In this document: piece after piece, positions 8,266-16,694 of the stretch
How the letters are laid out: each line of letters opens with the position of its first letter
Position numbering within the stretch: position 1 is the stretch's first letter
DNA from: Actinomycetota bacterium
GTDB taxonomy: Bacteria > Actinomycetota > Acidimicrobiia > Acidimicrobiales > AC-25
Direction: 5' to 3'
NCBI GenBank assembly: GCA_005888395.1
Contig: VAXF01000002.1
Span: forward strand, 1-33,025
DNA length: 33,025 nt
Notes under the pieces: generated by a model
Databases searched by the model: none
The model's input: only the letters and a program-made list of their open reading frames with translations
Told to the model about the DNA's origin: nothing
Position numbers and translations under genes: made by a program

Positions 8266-9188
8266 GGTGTCACGCAGTCGAGCACGGTCTTGGCGAGGGC
8301 GGCGGCGGCCGCCGGATCGTGCATGACGGCCGGCGCGACCACGCAGCGCATGCCGGCATCCTCGATGGCACCGGCCAGCCTGGCGTCGGCCTCGTCGATC
8401 ACGAGGGTCGCGGCGAGGGACGCGTACAGCCGGGCGACGCCGACCACCGAGGTTTCGTGGCCCAGCTCGGTGAGCAGCCGGTCGGCCGGGCCCTTCAAGG
8501 CCACGCCGCCGACGATGGGGGAGACGGCCACGGTGTGGGACCGTCGGGCCTCGACCGCGTCGCGCAGGCCGGGCAGTGCGAGTAGCGGTGCGATCGAGAG
8601 CAGCGGGTTCGATGGGCACACCACGACGACGTCGGCGGTGCCGAGCGCGTCGACGACACCGGGTGCCGGCCGCGCCTGCTCCGCGCCGGCGAAGCGGATG
8701 CGCTCGACCGCGACCGAGTGACGCCGGCGCACAAAGTAGTCCTGGAAGCCGATCTCGGTCCCTTCGACGGTCACCCGCGTCTCGACGCGGTCGTCGGTCA
8801 TCGGCAGCAGCCGCACCTCGAGGCCCCAGCCGCGGGCGATCTCGGCGGTCACCGACGAGAGCGGCGCGCCCGCCGCCAGGCGCGTGGTTCGGTACAGATG
8901 GGTGGCCAGGTCACGGTCGCCGAGGCGGAACCACGTCTCGACGCCGAAGCGCTCGAGCGCGTCCATCACCGTCCAGGTCTCGCCCGCGAGGCCCCAGCCG
9001 GTCTCGTCGTTCACCGCCTCGGCGAGGGTGTAGGTGACCGTGTCGAGGTCGGGGCTCACGTGCAGCCCGTGGAGCACGACGTCGTCGCCCGTGTTGACCA
9101 CCGCGGTGACGTCGGCCGGCGCCACCACGCGGACGAGTCCTCGCAGGAGCCTGGCCGCGCCGACACCACCGGCCAGGGCGACGATCAC
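8262..9188 (-). CDS. cofD: 2-phospho-L-lactate (or EPPG) transferase, F420 biosynthesis (CofD/FbiA)
   Basis: VIVALAGGVGAARLLRGL and VNTGDD...HGLHVSPDLDTV are classic CofD N-terminal motifs. Length is 308 aa. The GTG at 9188 overlaps the upstream stop (GTGA). Confidence 0.85.
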   Translation of the reverse strand: MIVALAGGVGAARLLRGLVRVVAPADVTAVVNTGDDVVLHGLHVSPDLDTVTYTLAEAVNDETGWGLAGETWTVMDALERFGVETWFRLGDRDLATHLYRTTRLAAGAPLSSVTAEIARGWGLEVRLLPMTDDRVETRVTVEGTEIGFQDYFVRRRHSVAVERIRFAGAEQARPAPGVVDALGTADVVVVCPSNPLLSIAPLLALPGLRDAVEARRSHTVAVSPIVGGVALKGPADRLLTELGHETSVVGVARLYASLAATLVIDEADARLAGAIEDAGMRCVVAPAVMHDPAAAAALAKTVLDCVTP

Positions 9189-10804
9189 GCGCGAGCAGCG
9201 TACCGGTGGAACCCGGCGTGCACCGCGGCCGCGACGACACACGACGCCCACGCTGCGCCCACGACCGCCAGCCACCGCCCCGGCGAGGGCACCGCGCTGA
9301 CCGAGACGGCGCGGGCCAGGAGCAGGTGCGTGTCCCTCGTGCCGTAGAAGCCGTGCGCGGCCCGTACGAACGACGCCAGCCCGAGCGTGGCGGCCACCAC
9401 CGTCGCTGTCGAGAGCACGAACCCGGCCGGTACGCGGCGCGGGCGGCGCACGCGGCGAGCGCGGCGAGCGATTGTGCCCGCGGCGCCGACCGCGCCGACG
9501 GCGAGCACGGGCAGCGACGGGTAGAGGTAACGGCCGAGCAGCCCGCGGACCTCGCCGTTGGTGCGGTACACGGTGAACGACGCGTGCAGCGCGCCCGCCG
9601 CCAGTGCCATCGGGAAGAGTGCGAGGAGCGCCAGTCGGACGTCAACGGGCGACGGACGCCCCCACCGTCGCGCCGCCAGCCAGCTCGCGAGCATCAGGAC
9701 GACCGCGACGTCGAGGCCGATTCGCCACGGGCGCGGCACCTCCACCGCGCTCTGCCCGTAGAGACCCCAGAAGCGGCCGACCAGGTCGACGAGATGGTGG
9801 ACGGTGTAGGACACGCGGCCGGTGTGGTTCCACGGTCCCGGCCGCACCCGCTGGAGGATCTCCGATCCGGGCTGGCTGAAGGCGTGGAACCGCACGAGGT
9901 CGCGGATCCACCACGCGCTGCCGATCAGCGTCGGGCCGGCGAAGGCGGCCAGGGCCCGCGGCCGCCGACTTGGGCCCGCCCGTGGAGGCGGGACGGGGGC
10001 GTGGGCGAGGGCGCGCGCCACGACGATCGCGACCAGCGCGGCGACGGCGGCGACGGCGACGAACTCCGACTTGACGAGGAGGCCGGCGCCGGTGGCGACT
10101 CCCAGAACGAGCGCGTTCTCGACGCTCGGCTCTCGCAGCGCGGCCGCGGCCGCCGCGATCGCGCCCGCGGCGAGAACGAGGGTGAGCGCGTCGTTGTTGA
10201 CGGCGGCGGCGTTGGCCGCGAGCGGAGCGAAACAGGCGACGAGGGTGGCCGCGGCGAGGGGCCGGCCGGTGGTGCCGGGCCAGACGCGCCGGCCGGTGAG
10301 GTACGTGAGCGGTACCACGGGTGCGACCAGGAGGACGCCGAGCAGGCGGAGCCCGAGCACCTCGGACGGGAACGAGAGCCGCCCGAGGGCCCGATCGGCC
10401 ACCCCCGCGAGCTCGTAGTACGTCGGCGGGTGCACGTAGTGGTAGTTCTGGCACGAGGTCCACGTGCTCGTGTGGCAGCCGGTGGCGTCGGCGTCCGCGT
10501 GGGGAAAGCCCTCGAAGCGCGGATAGGCAGGCCGCGGCCGCGGCGTCGCGGGCCAGGGGATCGGCCCGCCCTGGGGCAGCCCGACGAGCTCGACGGCCTG
10601 TTCCACCCCGCTTCGGATCCGCAGCCGGGGACCCGCGATCGCCGTCGGGTGGTCGGCGTAGTGCCGCACGAGGTCCACGTGGGGGGGCTCGTCGGGGGCC
10701 TGGAACAGCGGCGCGCCGACCGCGAACGCGCCGCCGGCCAGCGCAAAGGCGGCCGTCAGCAGCCATACGTGGCGCGTCGGGGACACCGGTGGATTCTCCT
10801 CCAT
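9185..10804 (-). CDS. Polytopic membrane protein, GT-C fold / DUF2142-like putative polyprenyl-phosphate-sugar-dependent glycosyltransferase
   Basis: About 12 predicted TM helices, with an acidic motif (QAPDEPPHVD) right after TM1, as in GT-C and DUF2142 proteins. Length is 539 aa. The membrane-protein call is robust; the enzymatic function is inference. Confidence 0.6.
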   Translation of the reverse strand: MEENPPVSPTRHVWLLTAAFALAGGAFAVGAPLFQAPDEPPHVDLVRHYADHPTAIAGPRLRIRSGVEQAVELVGLPQGGPIPWPATPRPRPAYPRFEGFPHADADATGCHTSTWTSCQNYHYVHPPTYYELAGVADRALGRLSFPSEVLGLRLLGVLLVAPVVPLTYLTGRRVWPGTTGRPLAAATLVACFAPLAANAAAVNNDALTLVLAAGAIAAAAAALREPSVENALVLGVATGAGLLVKSEFVAVAAVAALVAIVVARALAHAPVPPPRAGPSRRPRALAAFAGPTLIGSAWWIRDLVRFHAFSQPGSEILQRVRPGPWNHTGRVSYTVHHLVDLVGRFWGLYGQSAVEVPRPWRIGLDVAVVLMLASWLAARRWGRPSPVDVRLALLALFPMALAAGALHASFTVYRTNGEVRGLLGRYLYPSLPVLAVGAVGAAGTIARRARRVRRPRRVPAGFVLSTATVVAATLGLASFVRAAHGFYGTRDTHLLLARAVSVSAVPSPGRWLAVVGAAWASCVVAAAVHAGFHRYAARA

Positions 10805-11651
10805 GAGTAGCTTCGGCAGCGTGCCAGAGGGCTCTCTCTCAGGCCCGCCTCCCCGGGCGGACTCTGTCTCCGGCCCGCCTCCCCGGGCGGGCCATGCTCG
10901 CGCTGTCGAGCAGGATTACGACCGCCGCACCGCGGAGTGGCGCGAGATCTACGCCGGCGCGACGTTCCACGATCACCTGATCCGCCGCCGGCTCGAGCTG
11001 ACCCTCGATCTCGTCGACGGCGCACCGAGCGGCGCCGGTGGTGCGTCACTCGACGTCGGGTGCGGCGCGGGCCAGCTCGTGGTCGAGATGGCGCGCCGCG
11101 GGTACCGGGCCGCCGGCTGCGACATCTCGGCGGGCATGGTCGCCGAGACGCGCGGCCTGCTGGCCCGCGAGGGCCTGCCGGGCCGGGTGGAGCAGGCCGA
11201 CGTGGAACGGCTCGCGTACCCCGACGGCGAGTTCGCGTGGGTCACCGCGCTCGGTGTGATCGAGTACCTGGCGTCTCCGCCGCGGGGCCTGCACGAGCTG
11301 GTCCGCGTGCTGGCTCGCGGTGGCCACCTCGTCGTCACCGCGCCGAACCCGATGCGTCTCGCCTACCTCGCCGACCCGATCGGCGTGGTGCGCGGCCGGC
11401 TCGCGCCTCCCGCCCATGGGTACCGCCGCCATTACTGGACGCGGGGACAACTGCGACGGGCAGTGGGCGCCGCCGGGCTGGAGGTCTTGGCGTTGCAGGG
11501 CCACGGCCTCGGGCCGTTCACGATCGCGGGCTACCGGTTGATGGGCGACACGCGGTCGATCGCGCTCGGCGAGCGCCTCGAGCGGCACCTTCCGGCGTCG
11601 CTCGTCAACCTTCTCGGCTCGAACCTGATCGCGCTGGCGCGGAAGCCCTGA
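10803..11651 (+). CDS. Class I SAM-dependent methyltransferase
   Basis: Motif I LDVGCGAGQL, post-I GCDIS, motif II WVTALGVIEYL, and motif III LARGGHLVVTAPN. The start is uncertain. The ATG at 10803 overlaps the divergent gene's start codon, and the first roughly 30 codons contain a 30-nt tandem duplication. Confidence 0.75.
   Translation: MSSFGSVPEGSLSGPPPRADSVSGPPPRAGHARAVEQDYDRRTAEWREIYAGATFHDHLIRRRLELTLDLVDGAPSGAGGASLDVGCGAGQLVVEMARRGYRAAGCDISAGMVAETRGLLAREGLPGRVEQADVERLAYPDGEFAWVTALGVIEYLASPPRGLHELVRVLARGGHLVVTAPNPMRLAYLADPIGVVRGRLAPPAHGYRRHYWTRGQLRRAVGAAGLEVLALQGHGLGPFTIAGYRLMGDTRSIALGERLERHLPASLVNLLGSNLIALARKP
10831..10890. repeat. Two-copy 30-nt tandem direct repeat (27/30 identical), each copy carrying a GC-rich hairpin
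   Basis: Copy 1 is gctctctctcaggcccgcctccccgggcgg and copy 2 is actctgtctccggcccgcctccccgggcgg. Copy 2 extends to a perfect 8-bp stem: ggcccgcc (10872-10879) pairs with ggcgggcc (10886-10893). Confidence 0.8.
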
Positions 11652-12558
11652 TGCGTCGCGCCAGTGTCGACGCCACCGCGAGCCAGACCAGCTCGATGAC
11701 GAACTCGTAACCACGGAGCGCGACCGCGAGCGCGGCCGCGTTGCCCAGCCCGAACCGTGTGTGGAGCAGGGCCGCCATCACGCCCTCGCGCACGCCGAGC
11801 CCGCTCGGCGTCACCCCGACCATGCCGGCGATCTGGGCGAGGTTGTAACTCCCGGCGAGCAGCGCGACGGCGTGCCCGGTGTGGCCGAGCAGGGCGGCCG
11901 CGAACAGCACGAAGCCGATGCTTTTCACCACGGCGTTGCCGGCAAAGAGCAGCTCGGACTCGCGGAGCGGGCGCGTCCTCAGGCTGTGCGGGCCCAGCTT
12001 CGGCAGGCGCGGCACCAACCGACCTCCGACACGGAGCAGCGTGGGCAGCGCGACCAGCGGGACCGCGGCTCCAACGGCGAGTAGGACGCGCCACGGTGTC
12101 GGTACGACGGAGGACGGCAGGAGCACGCCGGCGGCCAGACCCGACCACGCGATCACCACGCCGAGCTCGACCAGCATCGTGGCCGCGGCGACCGATCGTG
12201 CCACGCCCTCGCGGGCGGCGAGCACGATCCGCGACGCGAACGCGGCAACGCCAGTCGGGATGTAGCGGCTGGCCTGGGACACGCACCAGATCCGGAGCGA
12301 CGGCGCCACGCCGACGTCGGACCCGTAGGCCGCGAGCAACGCGCGCCAGCCCAGGGGAAGGAACAGCCCGCCGAGGAGGGTGAACGGCACGGCCCCGGCG
12401 AGCCACAGCGGGCGCAGGTGGAGGTCGACGTGGCGCAGCGAGTGGGCGTTGTGCACGCCGACGCGGACGAGGACGGCGACGACGACCAGGACGAACAGGA
12501 CGCGCGCCGCATAACCCCAGCCGCTCGTCCGCTTGCCGACCCCCGGCGCCCGTGCCAC
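11605..12558 (-). CDS. Flippase-like / lysylphosphatidylglycerol-synthase-TM-region family (UPF0104) integral membrane protein
   Basis: Six to eight TM helices. Motifs typical of the family include ...QASRYIPTGVAAF... and ...IAGMVGVTPSGLGVREGV.... The GTG at 12558 was chosen so that the gene does not overlap the divergent small ORF. The 3' end overlaps the convergent methyltransferase by 47 nt. Confidence 0.65.
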   Translation of the reverse strand: MARAPGVGKRTSGWGYAARVLFVLVVVAVLVRVGVHNAHSLRHVDLHLRPLWLAGAVPFTLLGGLFLPLGWRALLAAYGSDVGVAPSLRIWCVSQASRYIPTGVAAFASRIVLAAREGVARSVAAATMLVELGVVIAWSGLAAGVLLPSSVVPTPWRVLLAVGAAVPLVALPTLLRVGGRLVPRLPKLGPHSLRTRPLRESELLFAGNAVVKSIGFVLFAAALLGHTGHAVALLAGSYNLAQIAGMVGVTPSGLGVREGVMAALLHTRFGLGNAAALAVALRGYEFVIELVWLAVASTLARRIRASAPARSGSSREG

Positions 12559-12627
12559 CCCGGGAGTCTTGCCTGCCCGAGAGGTAGGGTCGGGTACCGG
12601 ATTCCGGTTCGAGACAGGGGGACGCCA

Positions 12628-12849
12628 GTGGCGCTGGACGGGGTGGTCGACGAGCACTTCCTGATGCGGTACCGGACCTTGCTCGACGAGGAGGCGGCGG
12701 CCTTCGACGAGCTCGAGCATGCCTACGAGGACGGCGACCGCGGTCGTTTCGTCGTCGACCTCGAGACGTGGCAGGACGCAATCGGGCGCAAGCTCGCCTA
12801 CCTCCGGCGCAAAGGACTCGAGCCCCAGGCGGTGCCGGCGCTGGGCTGA
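12628..12849 (+). CDS. Small acidic helical protein (73 aa), unknown function
   Basis: GTG start preceded by gggggac (SD-like). GC3 is high throughout. The stop lies 1 nt before the GTG of the downstream GT4 gene, which indicates translational coupling. No recognisable motif. Confidence 0.5.
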   Translation: MALDGVVDEHFLMRYRTLLDEEAAAFDELEHAYEDGDRGRFVVDLETWQDAIGRKLAYLRRKGLEPQAVPALG

Positions 12850-12850
12850 G

Positions 12851-13975
12851 GTGGACGCGCCGCGGGTCCTCGTCTGCACCCAGGGCTTCCCTCGGCACCC
12901 CGACGACCACCACGCCGTCTTCGTCCTCGACCACGCGCGTGCGCTCGCGGCCGCGGGTGTCGCGGTGCGTGTGCTGTGCCCCAGCGGGCCCGGCCTGCCC
13001 CAGAACGACCGGTTCGGCGACGTCGACGTGGTGCGCTTTCGCTACGCGCCCAGCGCGCTCGAGCGGCTGGCCTACACCGGGGCGATGCACCGGCGGGCGC
13101 GAGGCCCGCACGGCCTGCTCGTACCGGCCCTGCTCGCCGGCTTCCGCCGCGCAGCCATCCGCGAGGGACGGGGCGCCGACGTCTTGCACGCGCATTGGTG
13201 GGCTCCCTCCGGGCTGGTCGCCGTCAGCGCGGCGCGGCGGCTCGGGCTGCCGTGTGTCGTCCACGTCCACGGCACCGACGCCGCGATCGCGCGCGGGCCG
13301 CTGCGTCCGCTGGCGGGGGCGGTGCTCCGGCGCGCCACCACGGTCCTCGCGGCGTCGAACCAGCTCGCCGGCTGGGTGCGCGACATCGCCGGCGTCGATG
13401 CGGTCGTGGCTCCGATGCCGCTCGGCGCCGACCGCGTCCCGGCACCGACGCTGCCGCCCGCCGGCGGGCCCGTGCTGGCCGTCGGCCGGTTGGTGCCCGA
13501 GAAGGGGTTCGACGTGCTCGTGCGGGCGGCCGCGCGCGCGGCGGTGCCGGTGGTGATCGTCGGCGACGGCGATCGCCGCGACGCGCTCGAAGCGCTCGCC
13601 GTGTCCACCGGCGCCCGCGTCGAGTTCACCGGCGCGCTGGCACCGGCGGAGCTGGCGGCGCGTTACCGGCAGGCCCGCGCCGTGGCCGTGCCCAGCCGGC
13701 GCGAAGGGTTCGGGATCGTGGCCGCCGAGGCGGCGGCGGCGGGTCGCGCCGTGATCGCGTCGGCGGTCGGCGGGCTTCCCGACATCGTGCGCCCCGGCGT
13801 CAACGGCGTGCTCGTCCCGCCGGGCGACGTCGACGCGCTGGCGCGGGCGCTCGCCGACCTCGACCTCTCGCTGGGCGGCGGCGGGCCGGCGTCGGTCGCG
13901 TGGCTGGCCCCCGAGGTGATCGCCGCTCGCAACATCGAGGTGTACGAGCAGGCGCGCCTACGCTCCGGCCGGTGA
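12851..13975 (+). CDS. GT4 (GT-B fold) glycosyltransferase
   Basis: RVLVCTQGFP....HAVFVLDHARAL N-domain. C-domain blocks are GRLVPEKGFDVL and PSRREGFGIVAAEAAAAGRAVIAS..GGLPDIV (EX7E-type motif). Confidence 0.85.
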   Translation: MDAPRVLVCTQGFPRHPDDHHAVFVLDHARALAAAGVAVRVLCPSGPGLPQNDRFGDVDVVRFRYAPSALERLAYTGAMHRRARGPHGLLVPALLAGFRRAAIREGRGADVLHAHWWAPSGLVAVSAARRLGLPCVVHVHGTDAAIARGPLRPLAGAVLRRATTVLAASNQLAGWVRDIAGVDAVVAPMPLGADRVPAPTLPPAGGPVLAVGRLVPEKGFDVLVRAAARAAVPVVIVGDGDRRDALEALAVSTGARVEFTGALAPAELAARYRQARAVAVPSRREGFGIVAAEAAAAGRAVIASAVGGLPDIVRPGVNGVLVPPGDVDALARALADLDLSLGGGGPASVAWLAPEVIAARNIEVYEQARLRSGR

Positions 13976-15450
13976 GCGAGCCGAAGGCGAGCGAACCAGG
14001 AGACAGAGCCGAGTTCTCGCGGCCGCCATCGAAGATGGCGGCCAGTGAGCCCGGCAGGCGCACGCGCGTCCTGGTGGTCACCTACGACAAGATCGGGCCA
14101 CGGATGGCGGGCCCCGCAATCCGCTCCTACGAGCTGGCGCGTGCGCTCGCTCGCGAGCACGACGTCCTCCTCGCCTGCCGCCACGAGCCGGAGCGTGACG
14201 GCGACGGCTTCGAGGTGCGCGGCTATCTCAAGGACGAGGCCGTGCTGCGCAAGATGGTCGAGTGGTGCGACGTCGTGATCGCCTTCGGCTTCCTGCTCCT
14301 CGAGTGCCCCGACATCGTCGAGCTGGGCAAGGTGGTCATCGCCGACGTCTACGACCCCTTCACCCTCGAGGTGCTCGTGCAGCGTCGCGACGACCCGCTC
14401 GCGATCCAGTTGCGCGAGCACCGCGGCGCGCTGGCGGCGATGAACGAGCAGCTCCAGCTCGCCGACTACTTCCTCGTGGCTTCGGATCGCCAGCGCGATC
14501 TCGTCTTCGGGATGCTGGCGGCGCTCAACCGGCTGAACCCGCACACCTATCAGGACGATCCGGCCTTCGAGCGGCTCATCACCGTGGTGCCGTTCGGTCT
14601 CCCCTCGGAACCGCCCGCCGCCGCGGCGCCGGTGCTGCGGGGCGTGCACCCCGGCTTCGGGCCGGACGACCTCGTGCTGCTCTGGGCCGGCGGCATCTAC
14701 GAGTGGTTCGACCCGCTCTCGCTCATCGAAGGCATAGCCGCACTCGACGCGCCCGACGTCAAGGTGCTGTTCATGGGGATGGACCACCCCAATCCCGAGG
14801 TGCCCGAGATGCACATGGGCGCTCGGGCCGTCGATCTCGCCGAGCGTCTCGGGGTCAGGGACCGCTCGGTCTTCTTCAACGAGGGTTGGGTACCCTACGA
14901 CGACCGCGTGTCCTTCCTGCTCGAGGCCGACGTCGGCGTGTCGACCCACTACCGGCATGCCGAAACCATGTATGCCTTCCGCACCCGGATGCTCGACTAC
15001 ATCTGGGCCGGCCTCCCCATCCTCTGCACGGAGGGCGACACCCTGGCCGAGCTGGTCGAGGGCCGCGACCTCGGTGAGGTCGTGCCCGCCGAGGACCCGA
15101 GCGCGATCGCGCGCGCCGTCGAACGGCTTCTCGACCGCAGCCGGCGCGACGTCTGCGCCGCCCATCTGGCCGAGCTCGCCGGCGAGCTGACGTGGGAGAC
15201 GGTGGCGGCGCCGGTGGTCGAGTTCTGCCGCCACCCGCGGCACGCCGCCGACCGCGAGGGCGGCGCCATCCCGCGTACGCCGGTCGAGAGCCAGCTCCAC
15301 CACCTCTACGACGAGGCCCACGAGGAGATCCATCGTCTGCGGCGGGAGCGCGAGGGGCTGCTGCGGGAGATCGACGTGCTGAGCGCGTTCCGCGAGCGGG
15401 TGCAGGGCTCCCTGCCGTACCGCACGTTCCAGCGCATCCGCGGCGGCTGA
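13972..15450 (+). CDS. GT-B fold glycosyltransferase (GT4-like) with a C-terminal coiled-coil tail
   Basis: RVLVVTYDKIGPRMAGPAIRSYELARAL N-domain. C-domain has LLWAGGIYEWFDP...FNEGWVPYDDR...YAFRTRMLDYIWAGLPILCTEGD. The tail is LHHLYDEAHEEIHRLRREREGLLREIDVL. The start is either GTG 13972 (GTGA overlap) or ATG 14035. Confidence 0.75.
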   Translation: MSEPKASEPGDRAEFSRPPSKMAASEPGRRTRVLVVTYDKIGPRMAGPAIRSYELARALAREHDVLLACRHEPERDGDGFEVRGYLKDEAVLRKMVEWCDVVIAFGFLLLECPDIVELGKVVIADVYDPFTLEVLVQRRDDPLAIQLREHRGALAAMNEQLQLADYFLVASDRQRDLVFGMLAALNRLNPHTYQDDPAFERLITVVPFGLPSEPPAAAAPVLRGVHPGFGPDDLVLLWAGGIYEWFDPLSLIEGIAALDAPDVKVLFMGMDHPNPEVPEMHMGARAVDLAERLGVRDRSVFFNEGWVPYDDRVSFLLEADVGVSTHYRHAETMYAFRTRMLDYIWAGLPILCTEGDTLAELVEGRDLGEVVPAEDPSAIARAVERLLDRSRRDVCAAHLAELAGELTWETVAAPVVEFCRHPRHAADREGGAIPRTPVESQLHHLYDEAHEEIHRLRREREGLLREIDVLSAFRERVQGSLPYRTFQRIRGG

Positions 15451-15461
15451 GCCACCAGGGC

Positions 15462-16694
15462 CTACTGCGCGGCTTCGATCCCCCGGACGAACTCGTGGAT
15501 GTAATCGGGCTCACCCTCGAGCAGCGGGAGCAGCCGCGACGAGATGAAGCCTGGTTCGAACCGCAGCCGGACGGTGTCGAGCGCGTGCGCCATGTCGCCG
15601 ACCGCGAGCCAGCGGGCGTCGCCCGTGACCATGGCCTTGCGCTTGTACATGGCGGTGAGGTTCTGAAGGGTGCGCTGGGGTGAGTAGGTGGCCGGCTCGA
15701 AGAACACGCCTTCGCCGTGCGAGAAACGGACGATCTCCACGTCGCTGAGCACCCGGCGCCGCATCACCGCTCGGCGCTTGGCGAGCGTGTCGGGCAGCCG
15801 GGCGATCGCTTCGGCGACGATGCGGATCGTGGCGACGGGGTAGCGGCCGCGCAGGAGGTTACGGAGATGAGCCGCCATCCGGATGGCCCAGATGCGCAGG
15901 GCCCGGCGTCCGGAGAAGTTCTTAAGCACGGTCGCCAGCAGATTGCGCTCGATGTGCCGGTACTTGAACGAGTAGTCGAGGTTGCGGCTGGCCGCCGAGT
16001 GCACGTGGTACACGCGCGCGTCGGGCGCGGTGACGAAGTGGTAGCCGAACAGGTTGGCACGCCAGTTCCAGTCGACGTCCTCGTAGTACATGAAGTAGCT
16101 GTCGTCGAGCGAGCCGACGTGGGCGTCGTCGAATGCTTCGCGGCGGAACAGGCCGGCGGCGAAGCAGGGCCCGAAGGTGCGCTCGACTCGGTCGTACTGC
16201 CCGACGTCGAGCTGGCCGATGCCGATGTTGAAGGCAGACCCGCCCGAGTCGACGGCGTTGCCGATGGCGTCGATGAGATGACGGTCGGCCAGGAACAGCA
16301 GTTTCGGCACGATGGCGAGGCACTCGGCGGGCTGCCCGCGCAGCACCTCGGCACACGCGCTGAGCGCGTGTGAGTCGACCTCGGTGTCGTTGTTGAGCAC
16401 GAACACCCAGTCGCCCCGGCACTCGGCGAGACCCCGGTTGATGCCGCTCGCGAAACCCCAGTTGCGACCGAGGTCGGCGACGCGGGCCCGCTCGAACTCG
16501 GCGGCCACGGCGCGCGCCGAGTCGTGGTGCTCGCTGGACCCGTTCTCGGCCACCACGATCTCCAGCAGGTCGGGGTAGTCGGACGCGTCCACGGAGGCCA
16601 CGCACGCTTTGAGCGAGTCGACGGGCGCGTTGTAGTTGAGGATCAGCACGGATATGCGCTCGGGCACGGACCTCGACGGTAGCCTTCCCGGCAA
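15462..16694 (-). CDS. GT2 glycosyltransferase
   Basis: ISVLILNYNAP, VVAENGSS, NWGFASGINRG, LNNDTEV and YFMYYEDVDWNWR. The start is uncertain: TTG 16694 per the ORF track, or more plausibly GTG 16667. Confidence 0.8.
   Translation of the reverse strand: MPGRLPSRSVPERISVLILNYNAPVDSLKACVASVDASDYPDLLEIVVAENGSSEHHDSARAVAAEFERARVADLGRNWGFASGINRGLAECRGDWVFVLNNDTEVDSHALSACAEVLRGQPAECLAIVPKLLFLADRHLIDAIGNAVDSGGSAFNIGIGQLDVGQYDRVERTFGPCFAAGLFRREAFDDAHVGSLDDSYFMYYEDVDWNWRANLFGYHFVTAPDARVYHVHSAASRNLDYSFKYRHIERNLLATVLKNFSGRRALRIWAIRMAAHLRNLLRGRYPVATIRIVAEAIARLPDTLAKRRAVMRRRVLSDVEIVRFSHGEGVFFEPATYSPQRTLQNLTAMYKRKAMVTGDARWLAVGDMAHALDTVRLRFEPGFISSRLLPLLEGEPDYIHEFVRGIEAAQ

Noticed and set aside
10831-10890. 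Whether the 30-nt direct repeats could be a CRISPR array or a mobile-element terminal repeat.
   Set aside because: There are only two directly adjacent copies with no spacer. No cas genes, transposase, integrase or target-site duplication occur anywhere in the window. I treat it as a simple tandem duplication.
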